Position numbers and translations under genes: made by a program | Part shown: piece after piece, positions 1 to 7,017 of the stretch | How the letters are laid out: each line of letters opens with the position of its first letter | Numbering within the stretch: position 1 is the stretch's first letter | DNA from: a virus | Taxonomy: Duplodnaviria; Heunggongvirae; Uroviricota; Caudoviricetes | Direction: 5' to 3' (one strand) | IMG/VR virus record: IMGVR_UViG_2548876961_000004 | Length of the DNA stretch: 14,398 bases | The notes under the pieces: model-generated | What the model was told of the DNA's origin: nothing | Seen by the model: only the letters and a program-made list of their open reading frames with translations | Database searches by the model: none

Positions 1-80
1 TGTTGGTACTGACTGATGGCGCTCTGGTCTGCGGCATTGTGGTATTGCTGTGGCCGATGATGAAAGAACAGAATGAATAA
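1..80 (+). CDS. 3' end of an upstream ORF (partial; hydrophobic C-terminus ...LVLTDGALVCGIVVLLWPMMKEQNE, stop TAA 78-80); product unknown
   Basis: Open frame from position 3 running to TAA at 78-80; hydrophobic stretch suggests a membrane segment. Only 26 codons are visible, so the call is weak. Confidence 0.3.
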   Translation, partial: LVLTDGALVCGIVVLLWPMMKEQNE

Positions 81-83
81 TTC

Positions 84-113
84 TTGACTTTTTTGTTTAC
101 TGTTTATTAAAAA
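84..113 (+). promoter_or_regulatory. Candidate late promoter (pR'-like): TTGACT at 84-89, A/T-rich -10-like hexamer 17-18 bp downstream (TTAAAA/TAAAAA at 107-113)
   Basis: Perfect -35 hexamer TTGACT (same as recalled lambda pR' -35), moderate -10 match, and a strong intrinsic terminator about 180 nt downstream, matching the lambda pR'-6S RNA-tR' layout upstream of the lysis genes. Confidence 0.35.
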
Positions 114-266
114 ATCAACCGCATGGTGAATCCTCCTTGGAGGGGCTAAATGATCGAGTTTTAAGGGCACGTAGCGAGTTCTGTTTGATCATTGCAGAAC
201 TTAGCGGGAGGCGCCATGCGTACATCACTAATGTTATTTCCTTCTATCATTTTCCTTGTGAGTTCT

Positions 267-293
267 GGCTGCGCATGGCGCGGCCTTTTTTTT
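267..293 (+). terminator. Rho-independent terminator (tR'-like): stem GGCTGCGC / GCGCGGCC, loop ATG, followed by T8
   Basis: 8-bp GC-rich stem (one G-U pair) at 267-274 and 278-285 followed directly by eight T residues at 286-293. Confidence 0.6.
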
Positions 294-482
294 ATGACCT
301 GCCACTGGCAGATGGTCATCCTGTGATTTGATTCCGGTTCCGGCTTTTTAACTCTGTTCCTGTACACGGGAGAAATTCTATGTCGATTAATCGTTATGAT
401 ATTGGTTACAAGAAGTACCACGTATTGTGTTGAGATAGAAAGCATGGTGCCAGAGGTAAATGCAGCAGCATAATAAAAAAGA

Positions 483-522
483 GCCAGCGCAGAAGAGAAC
501 GGGTAAAAGAGTCTGCGCTGGC
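483..522 (-). terminator. 11-bp perfect inverted repeat (GCCAGCGCAGA ... TCTGCGCTGGC) with 18-nt loop; on the minus strand it is followed by CTCTTTTTTATT, i.e. a minus-strand-oriented intrinsic-terminator-like hairpin
   Basis: Stem arms at 483-493 and 512-522; A-rich run 471-480 on the + strand becomes a U-tract 3' of the hairpin on the - strand. Confidence 0.3.
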
Positions 523-639
523 GTGGGGATATTCCCCGTGGAGAAATGATATGTAACACACATCGGGAACCTTTCTATATAAACATTATCATTATTGTCA
601 ATCATAACAGTCAGGTATTATGACGTTTATGCATCAGGG

Positions 640-666
640 CCATCAGGAATTAACTGGTGGCTTTTT
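640..666 (+). terminator. Terminator-like or attenuator hairpin (CCATCAG / CTGGTGG stem with one G-U pair, 7-nt loop) followed by CTTTTTATT, 35 nt upstream of the holin start
   Basis: Stem arms at 640-646 and 654-660, T5 run at 662-666. Confidence 0.3.
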
Positions 667-701
667 ATTGTTGTCAGCTTCCGGATAACGGGAGACGGGG
701 T

Positions 702-917
702 ATGTACCAGATGGAAAAAATAACAACAGGTGTGTCATACACCACGTCAGCGGTGGGGACGGGATACTGGCTACTGCAGTTGCTGGACAAAGTCTCCCCA
801 TCCCAGTGGGTGGCAATAGGCGTATTGGGTAGCTTGGTGTTTGGCTTGCTGACGTATCTGACAAACCTTTATTTCAAGATTAAAGAAGATAAGCGTAAGG
901 CTGCGAGAGGTGAATAA
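702..917 (+). CDS. S: Class II holin (pinholin), phage 21 S-like, with dual-start motif (Met1 at 702, Met4 at 711)
   Basis: 71-aa product [71 protein letters not shown] with two TM segments and a charged C-terminus, closely resembling the recalled S21 pinholin. GGAGACGGGG RBS upstream; stop TAA overlaps the next start (TAATG). Confidence 0.9.
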   Translation: MYQMEKITTGVSYTTSAVGTGYWLLQLLDKVSPSQWVAIGVLGSLVFGLLTYLTNLYFKIKEDKRKAARGE

Positions 918-1414
918 TGTCGCCATCATTACGCAAGGCTGTTGCTGCTGCTATTGGTGGTGGGGCTGCTGCCATAGCGTCTGTGCTCATCACTGGTCCG
1001 AGTGGTGACGATGGCCTGGAAGGTGTCAGCTACATACCATACGAAGATATCGTTGGCGTATGGACTGTATGTCACGGACACACCGGAAAAGACATCATTC
1101 CCGGTAAAACGTATACCGAAGCAGAATGCAAAGCCCTCCTGAATAAAGACCTTGCCACGGTCGCCAGACAAATTAACCCGTACATCAAAGTCGATATACC
1201 GGAAACAACGCGCGGCGCTCTTTACTCGTTCGTTTACAACGTGGGCGCTGGTAATTTCAGAACATCGACGCTTCTTCGCAAAATAAACCAGGGTGATATC
1301 AAAGGCGCATGTGATCAGCTACGGCGCTGGACATACGCTGGCGGTAAGCAATGGAAAGGGCTGATGACTCGCCGCGAGATTGAGCGTGAAGTCTGTTTGT
1401 GGGGGCAACAATGA
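917..1414 (+). CDS. R: SAR endolysin (phage 21 R-like lysozyme/muramidase with N-terminal signal-anchor-release domain)
   Basis: 165-aa product with Gly/Ala-rich weakly hydrophobic N-terminus ([23 protein letters not shown]) followed by a lysozyme-like catalytic region ([17 protein letters not shown]); start overlaps holin stop; stop overlaps Rz start (ATGA). Confidence 0.92.
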   Translation: MSPSLRKAVAAAIGGGAAAIASVLITGPSGDDGLEGVSYIPYEDIVGVWTVCHGHTGKDIIPGKTYTEAECKALLNKDLATVARQINPYIKVDIPETTRGALYSFVYNVGAGNFRTSTLLRKINQGDIKGACDQLRRWTYAGGKQWKGLMTRREIEREVCLWGQQ

Positions 1415-1878
1415 GCAGAGTAACCGCGATTATCTCCGCTCTGGTTATCTGCATCATCGTCTGCCAGTCATGGGCGGTTAATCATTACCGTGATAACGCC
1501 ATCGCCTATAAAGAACAGCGTGATAAAAAAGTCAGTGAGCTGAAGCAGGCGACCGCCACCATTACTGACATGCAGCAGCGCCAGCGTGCTGCTGATGCAC
1601 TCGATGCTAAATACACGAAGGAGTTAGCTGATGCGAAAGCTAAAAATGATGCTCTTCGGCGCAAGCTTGATAATGGTGGTCGGGTGTTCGTCAAAGGAAA
1701 ATGCCCTGTGCCATCCTCAGACGAAACCTCCAGCGCCTCCGGCATGGGCAATGATGCCACCGTCGAACTCTCTCCAGTTGCTGGACGAAACGTTCTCGGT
1801 ATCCGGGACGGAATTATCCGCGACCAAACAGCACTGAGAACGCTTCAGGAATACATCAGGACGCAATGCCTTCGATGA
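1411..1878 (+). CDS. Rz: Rz inner-membrane spanin (i-spanin)
   Basis: 155-aa product [40 protein letters not shown]... with N-terminal TM and coiled-coil periplasmic domain, very similar to recalled lambda Rz; ATG at 1411 overlaps endolysin stop. Confidence 0.9.
   Translation: MSRVTAIISALVICIIVCQSWAVNHYRDNAIAYKEQRDKKVSELKQATATITDMQQRQRAADALDAKYTKELADAKAKNDALRRKLDNGGRVFVKGKCPVPSSDETSSASGMGNDATVELSPVAGRNVLGIRDGIIRDQTALRTLQEYIRTQCLR
1631..1837 (+). CDS. Rz1: Rz1 outer-membrane lipoprotein spanin (o-spanin), embedded in the +1 frame of Rz
   Basis: 68-aa product [44 protein letters not shown]...: signal peptide with lipobox VVGC and proline-rich mature region as in lambda Rz1; AAGGAG RBS 7 nt upstream of the ATG. 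Confidence 0.85.
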   Translation: MRKLKMMLFGASLIMVVGCSSKENALCHPQTKPPAPPAWAMMPPSNSLQLLDETFSVSGTELSATKQH

Positions 1879-2052
1879 TAGCGATAATTTTACTCATCAT
1901 CCTTCACATCTGGCTCTGTAGACAGGGTGGTGCTCACTTCTGGAGTGAATCATGGTTAAACATCTCATTGCTGATGCTTGATATTGAGCATCTGGCGCGC
2001 GGTAAGGGGCTGCGTTGAGATAAGAGCCAGTCATTAAAAATACCTGGATTTA

Positions 2053-2076
2053 GCCTCGCATTCGCGGGGCTTTTTT
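2053..2076 (+). terminator. Rho-independent terminator downstream of the lysis cassette: stem GCCTCGC / GCGGGGC (one G-U pair), loop ATTC, then T6
   Basis: Stem arms at 2053-2059 and 2064-2070, T run at 2071-2076. Confidence 0.45.
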
Positions 2077-2079
2077 ATT

Positions 2080-2123
2080 GCCATTACAAAAGCCACTCCC
2101 TACAGAGTGGCTTTGATAATGGC
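2080..2123. repeat. 44-bp imperfect palindrome / extended hairpin: outer arms GCCATTA/TAATGGC, 2x2 internal loop, inner 10-bp perfect arms AAAGCCACTC/GAGTGGCTTT, 6-nt loop
   Basis: Directly read from sequence (outer arms 2080-2086 and 2117-2123; inner arms 2089-2098 and 2105-2114). No flanking U-tract on either strand, so not a classical intrinsic terminator. Confidence 0.5.
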
Positions 2124-2506
2124 TTATACCCTACACGGGATAACTTAACTGATATCCCTTTTAACGGATAAAGGTATTCAAGCCTGACACATCATGCGCT
2201 GTATCGTCGCTGTATTCCCGCATTAACCATGACCGTAGCCCGACGGGGAACTCCTTCTGCGCGAGTGTGCGGGAATAATCAAAAACGATGCACACCGGGT
2301 TTTTACCGCGCTAATGATTCGCGGGTTTGTCCCTCATGCTCGCCAGTCCTGTGCGGGGGTGGAAGAAACAGGACACTCACACAGATTCTTGTGGGTCGAT
2401 GCTATTCCTTTCTGGATTATCCCGATGCCATTCATGCAAGGGCTGTATCAGACGTTCGTCATGGCTTTCAGGCTGACGGCTCCTCCCGGTGGGGTGGCCT
2501 GCCACG

Positions 2507-2518
2507 GGGCGGGAGCGT
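2507..2518. other. Candidate cosN (cohesive-end site) with variant core GGGCGGGAGCGT, flanked by ACG and CGCGG as in lambda (ACG-GGGCGGCGACCT-CGCGGG)
   Basis: About 17 of 24 positions match the recalled lambda cosN region, with divergence concentrated in the middle of the 12-nt overhang. Location about 175 bp upstream of the small terminase start matches lambda (Nu1 starts about 190 bp from the left end). Confidence 0.4.
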
Positions 2519-2690
2519 CGCGGAAAAAGGCTAGTTTTTGCATTTTTATCGGCCACCATCATCTTTGCATCTTATTGATTATTAATGGTTATTTGTTTTT
2601 TGTATGTCGAATTGAGTGTTTTTTGTTCGACGTCGAACGCGTTTTCTTAAAGTTGTTCGCACGATGCATGTTTAAAGCTCTCCGGAGGAA
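2519..2690 (+). promoter_or_regulatory. Candidate cosB-like terminase-binding region: A/T-rich, direct repeats TGTTTTTTGT (2594-2603, 2617-2626), repeated TTGTTCG motifs, and a perfect 14-bp palindrome GTTCGACGTCGAAC (2625-2638)
   Basis: Repeats read directly from sequence; position between the putative cosN and the small terminase gene is analogous to lambda cosB (R sites plus IHF site). Confidence 0.35.
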
Positions 2691-2692
2691 AT

Positions 2693-3184
2693 ATGGATCA
2701 TGAGTTGAAAAACCTGGTGCTGAATATTAATCAACTGGCGGCTTTATCTGGTCTGCACCGCCAGACTGTCGTGGCAAGACTGAAAAACATTCGTCCCGCT
2801 GGTGGACATGACAAACTCAAGCTATACCGGTTGACCGATATTCTGACTGAATTTATGGGGTTACCACCGCCGGTTGCTGAGGGCGAAATGGATCCACATG
2901 AACGCAAAGCCTGGTATCAGTCTGAACGTGAGCGTCTTAAGTTCGAACAGGAAACGGCACAACTCATTCCGGCCAGTGATGTCAGACGGGAGTTTGCCAT
3001 CTGGGCAAAAGCGGTCGTGCAGGTGCTGGAGACATTACCGGATATTCTGGAACGTGACTGTGGTCTGCAGCCTGCCGCTGTGAGCCGTGTTCAGTCCATT
3101 ATTGATGATCTGCGCGATCAGATAGCCCTGCGGGTGACCGAAGCAGGTGCGGATGATGAGGAGGAATTACAGCAGGAGGAGTAA
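2693..3184 (+). CDS. Terminase small subunit (Nu1-like function; N-terminal HTH DNA-binding domain, acidic C-terminus)
   Basis: 163-aa ORF immediately upstream of and overlapping (TAATG) the large terminase; N-terminal helix-turn-helix-like segment NINQLAALSGLHRQTVVARLKNI; GGAGG RBS 4 nt upstream; synteny cos-terS-terL. Confidence 0.8.
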   Translation: MDHELKNLVLNINQLAALSGLHRQTVVARLKNIRPAGGHDKLKLYRLTDILTEFMGLPPPVAEGEMDPHERKAWYQSERERLKFEQETAQLIPASDVRREFAIWAKAVVQVLETLPDILERDCGLQPAAVSRVQSIIDDLRDQIALRVTEAGADDEEELQQEE

Positions 3185-5286
3185 TGCTGAATCAGGAAAC
3201 CGCAAAGGCAGCACGAACCGATTCAGGTTATATCCTTCGCGCACCGAGACGAATGCGGGTTGCTGATGCCGTTGCTCAGTATATGCGGGTGCCCATGGGG
3301 GCCGGGAACTCAGTCCCGTGGGATCCGCTGGTGGCACCGTATGTTATTGAGCCGATGAACTGCCTGGCCTCGCGTGAATACGACGCAGTGATATTTGTTG
3401 GCCCGGCACGAACCGGCAAGACTATCGGCCTGATTGACGGCTGGGTGATTTACAACGTGATTTGCGATCCTGCGGATATGCTGATCATTCAGATGACGGA
3501 GGAAAAAGCCCGCGAACACTCCAAAAAACGACTCGCCAGAACGTTTCGCGTCAGCCCGGAAGTGGTCAGTCGCCTGAGTCCGAACAAAAATGACAACAAC
3601 GTTTATGACAGAACATTCCTTGCTGGCAACTACCTGAAAATCGGCTGGCCGTCAGTCAATATCATGTCCTCATCAGATTATAAATGCGTGGCGCTGACGG
3701 ATTATGACCGTTTTCCGGAAGATATTGATGGCGAGGGGGATGCCTTCTCTCTTGCCTCAAAACGTACCACCACATTTATGTCCAGTGGTATGACGCTGGT
3801 GGAGAGTTCCCCCGGCAGGGATGTGAAGGATGTGAAATGGCGACGGACTTCACCGCATGAGGCTCCACCAACCACGGGGATACTGTCGCTCTATAACCGT
3901 GGCGATCGCCGTCGCTGGTACTGGCCCTGTCCACACTGTGGTGAGTATTTTCAGCCCTGCGGCGATGTGGTTGCTGGTTTCCGTGATATTGCCGATCCCG
4001 TGCTGGCAAGTGAGGCGGCTTATATTCAGTGTCCTTCCTGTTCAGGACGGATTATGCCTGAACAAAAACGTGAGCTGAACGGACGTGGGGTCTGGTTGCG
4101 GGATGGTGAATCCATCAATGCGGATGGTAGTCGTTATGGTGATCCCCGACGCTCACGTATTGCGTCATTCTGGATGGAGGGTCCGGCAGCTGCTTACCAG
4201 ACACTCTCGCAACTCGTTTACAAACTGCTTACTGCAGAACAGGAATACGAGACAACCGGAAGTGAAGAAACACTCAAGACGGTTATCAATACCGACTGGG
4301 GATTACCTTATCTTCCCCGCGCCAGCATGGAGCAACGAAAAAGTGAACTGCTTGAGCAGCGGGCAGAGCCAGTTCCTTCCAGCAGTGTGCCGGATGGCGT
4401 TAATTTCCTTGTGGCGACAGTGGATGTGCAGGCGGGACGTCATCGCCGTTTTGTGGTTCAGGTAACGGGCTATGGCAGCCGTGGCGAACGCTGGATTATT
4501 GATCGTTACAACATCACGCAGTCATTGCGCGGTGACAGCGACGGTGAGAGCCAGCGAATTGATCCGGCCAGCTATCCGGAAGACTGGGATGTCCTGCTGA
4601 CGGATGTTTTTCATAAAAGCTGGCCGCTGGCCTCCGATCCTTCTCAACAAATGCGACTGATGGCAATGGCGGTGGACTCCGGCGGTGAAGACGGGGTCAC
4701 TGATAATGCCTATAAATTCTGGCGTCGTTGCCGTCGTGATGGCCTTGGTAAACGTATTTACCTGTTTAAGGGCGACAGCATCCGGCGCGCAAAACTGATC
4801 ACCCGTACATTCCCTGATAACACCGGACGAACGGGCCGACGGGCGCAGGCCGCAGGTGATGTGCCGCTCTGGCTTCTTCAGACGGATGCACTGAAAGACC
4901 GGGTGAATAACGCGTTATGGCGTGACTCTCCAGGTCCCGGCTATGTGCATTTCCCTGACTGGCTGGGGAGCTGGTTTTACGACGAACTGACGTATGAAGA
5001 GCGGAGTAGTGACGGGAAATGGAGTAAGCCGGGTCGCGGTGCCAACGAAGCTTTTGACCTGATGGTGTATGCCGAGGCTCTGGTCATTCTGCATGGATAC
5101 GAAAAGATCCGCTGGCCGGATGCACCGGGGTGGGCGAGCCGGGAAACCTGGCTGGAGAGTGTCCCGGACAGTACCGAACCGTCACCCTCACCGGAACCGG
5201 TATCCACGCCTGTTAAAAAACAAAAACGGAAGAAAACAGTAACTGACGATGTTAACCCCTGGCTGACTTCCGGAGGATGGTTATGA
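3184..5286 (+). CDS. Terminase large subunit, lambda gpA family (ATPase plus nuclease)
   Basis: 700-aa product with P-loop/Walker A (VGPARTGKT) and a Cys cluster (CPHCGEYF...CPSCSG) reminiscent of gpA-type terminases; CAGGAGGAG RBS; C-terminal Pro/Ser/Lys-rich tail. Confidence 0.92.
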   Translation: MLNQETAKAARTDSGYILRAPRRMRVADAVAQYMRVPMGAGNSVPWDPLVAPYVIEPMNCLASREYDAVIFVGPARTGKTIGLIDGWVIYNVICDPADMLIIQMTEEKAREHSKKRLARTFRVSPEVVSRLSPNKNDNNVYDRTFLAGNYLKIGWPSVNIMSSSDYKCVALTDYDRFPEDIDGEGDAFSLASKRTTTFMSSGMTLVESSPGRDVKDVKWRRTSPHEAPPTTGILSLYNRGDRRRWYWPCPHCGEYFQPCGDVVAGFRDIADPVLASEAAYIQCPSCSGRIMPEQKRELNGRGVWLRDGESINADGSRYGDPRRSRIASFWMEGPAAAYQTLSQLVYKLLTAEQEYETTGSEETLKTVINTDWGLPYLPRASMEQRKSELLEQRAEPVPSSSVPDGVNFLVATVDVQAGRHRRFVVQVTGYGSRGERWIIDRYNITQSLRGDSDGESQRIDPASYPEDWDVLLTDVFHKSWPLASDPSQQMRLMAMAVDSGGEDGVTDNAYKFWRRCRRDGLGKRIYLFKGDSIRRAKLITRTFPDNTGRTGRRAQAAGDVPLWLLQTDALKDRVNNALWRDSPGPGYVHFPDWLGSWFYDELTYEERSSDGKWSKPGRGANEAFDLMVYAEALVILHGYEKIRWPDAPGWASRETWLESVPDSTEPSPSPEPVSTPVKKQKRKKTVTDDVNPWLTSGGWL

Positions 5287-5495
5287 ACCAGAATGATATC
5301 GAAGCCATGATTCAGCGTTATACGGAAGCTGAAATGGCGGTGCTGGACGGAAAATCCGTCACCTTTAATGGTCAGCAGATGACCATGGAAAACTTATCTG
5401 AGATCCGGCAGGGACGGCAGGAGTGGGAGCGCCGCCTTGCGGCTCTGATTACACGACGACGGGGGCATCCCGGGTACCGGCTGGCGAGGTTCTGA
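5283..5495 (+). CDS. Head-tail joining protein, lambda gpW-like
   Basis: 70-aa product MNQNDIEAMIQRYTEAEMAVLDGKSVTFNGQQMTMENLSEIRQGRQEWERRLAALITRRRG..., same size and character as recalled lambda W (68 aa); ATG at 5283 overlaps terminase stop (ATGA) with GGAGG 6 nt upstream. An in-frame ATG at 5277 has no spacing to the RBS, so 5283 is preferred. Confidence 0.8.
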   Translation: MNQNDIEAMIQRYTEAEMAVLDGKSVTFNGQQMTMENLSEIRQGRQEWERRLAALITRRRGHPGYRLARF

Positions 5496-7004
5496 TGGCA
5501 ATTCTTGATGATGTGATTGGCGTTTTTTCACCAGGATGGAAAGCGGCAAGGCTGCGTTCCCGTGCGGTGATCCAGGCTTATGAGGCCGTAAAAACGACGC
5601 GGACACACAAAGCCCGGCGGGAAAACCGAACTGCCGACCAGTTAAGCCAGTACGGGGCCGTGTCGTTACGTGAGCAGGCCCGTTACCTTGATAACAACCA
5701 CGATCTGGTTATTGGTGTATTTGACAAGCTGGAAGAACGGGTGGTGGGGAAAAACGGGATTATTGTCGAGCCACATCCGGTATTACGCAATGGGGCCATT
5801 GCCCGTGATCTGGCAGCGGAGATACGCACCCGATGGAGTGAATGGTCTGTCAGTCCGGAAGTCACCGGGCAGTTTACCCGTCCGATGCTGGAACGTCTGA
5901 TGCTGCGTACCTGGCTGCGCGATGGTGAGGTGTTTGCCCAGATGGTTTCCGGGCGCATAAACAGCCTGACGCCTTCTGCCGGTGTTCATTTCTGGCTGGA
6001 GGCGCTCGAGCCAGACTTTATTCCCATGACCAGTGATGAGAGCAACAGGCTGAATCAGGGCGTGTTTGTTGATGACTGGGGGCGTCCCGAAAAATATCTG
6101 GTGTATAAAAGCCGTCCCGTATCCGGACGGCAGATGGAAACCAAAGAAGTGGATGCAGAGCGAATGCTGCATCTTAAATTTGTTCGCCGTCTGCACCAGA
6201 TGCGCGGGACGTCTTTGTTGTCCGGTGTGCTGATCCGCCTCAGTGCCCTGAAAGAGTATGAGGATTCTGAGCTGACTGCAGCAAGGATCGCCGCTGCTCT
6301 GGGGATGTACATCCGGAAAGGCGATGGGCAGAGCTATGAACCGGATGGTAATGGCAGCAAGGATAAGGAACGCGAGCTTACCATTCAGCCAGGCATTATT
6401 TACGACGATCTGAAACCCGGCGAAGAAATCGGAATGGTGAAGTCGGATCGCCCCAATCCTAACCTTGAAACTTTTCGTAATGGTCAGTTGCGTGCCGTGG
6501 CGGCGGGCAGTCGTCTGAATTTTTTCCAGTACAGCGCGCAACTATAACGGCACTTACAGCGCCCAGCGTCAGGAGCTGGTTGAATCCACTGATGGCTACC
6601 TGATCCTGCAGGACTGGTTTATTGGTGCCGTCACCCGCCCGATGTATCGTGCCTGGCTGAAACAGGCTGTGGCATCCGGTGTTATCAGGCTACCCCGCGA
6701 TCTTGACCGTTCTTCACTGTATACCGCGGTGTATTCCGGACCGGTGATGCCGTGGATTGACCCTGTTAAGGAGGCTGAGGCCTGGAAAATTCAGATTCGT
6801 GGTGGAGCAGCGACAGAATCAGACTGGGTACGTGCAGGTGGTCGTAATCCGGATGATGTCAAACGTCGGCGCAAGGCCGAAATTGATGAAAACCGCAAGC
6901 TGGATCTGGTATTTGATACCGATCCGGCCAGTGATAAAGGAGGCAGCAGTGCCGCAACGAAACGACAGGAGCCGCAGCACACCGACGACCAGTCCGAAGA
7001 ATAA
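5495..7004 (+). pseudogene. Portal protein (lambda gpB-like), interrupted by a frameshift at a T6 homopolymer (6520-6525): N-terminal part in frame 5495..6547, C-terminal part in the +1 frame 6519..7004
   Basis: ATG at 5495 overlaps gpW stop (TGATG). The frame stops at 6545-6547, while the adjoining +1 frame is open from 6519 and encodes a plausible continuation (...SSTARNYNGTYSAQRQELVESTDGYLILQDWFIGAVTRPMYRAWL...). Removing one T from the T6 run restores a single ORF of about 500 aa, the expected portal size. Confidence 0.85.
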
Positions 7005-7017
7005 TTCCTGGTTCAGG

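Noticed and set aside
137-331. 64-aa + strand ORF (TTG start) between the putative late promoter and terminator
   Set aside because: Non-ATG start, no RBS, spans the strong terminator hairpin; more consistent with a non-coding leader RNA.
380-430. 16-codon mini-ORF (MSINRYDIGYKKYHVLC) with a GGGAGA RBS 8 nt upstream
   Set aside because: Too short to call without expression or conservation evidence; the RBS-like sequence could be chance in a leader region.
161-605. Minus-strand ORFs 161..559 (132 aa) and 387..605 (72 aa, with a hydrophobic stretch)
   Set aside because: Both read through the 11-bp hairpin and the tR'-like terminator region, have no convincing RBS, and have no recognisable similarity; kept only as a remote possibility for a small membrane peptide.
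81-700. Possible tRNA genes between the late promoter and the lysis genes (as found in some Stx-type prophages)
   Set aside because: No tRNA-like T-arm motif (GGTTCGAAT-type) or cloverleaf-compatible segment seen by eye in this interval or elsewhere in the window.
2229-2703. + strand ORFs 2229..2534 (101 aa, Arg/Cys-rich) and 2314..2703 (129 aa) in the cos region
   Set aside because: No RBS, unusual composition, mutually overlapping, and they overlap the cos-like site and terminase-binding repeats; likely non-coding.
5783-6541. 252-aa minus-strand ORF antisense to the portal gene
   Set aside because: Entirely embedded antisense within a confidently identified plus-strand gene; typical spurious antisense ORF.
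6757-7017. Upstream extension of the capsid ORF (open frame from 6757 overlapping the portal C-terminus)
   Set aside because: This is simply an open frame overlapping the portal coding region; the protease domain begins shortly after the ATG at 7018, which lies just after the portal stop.
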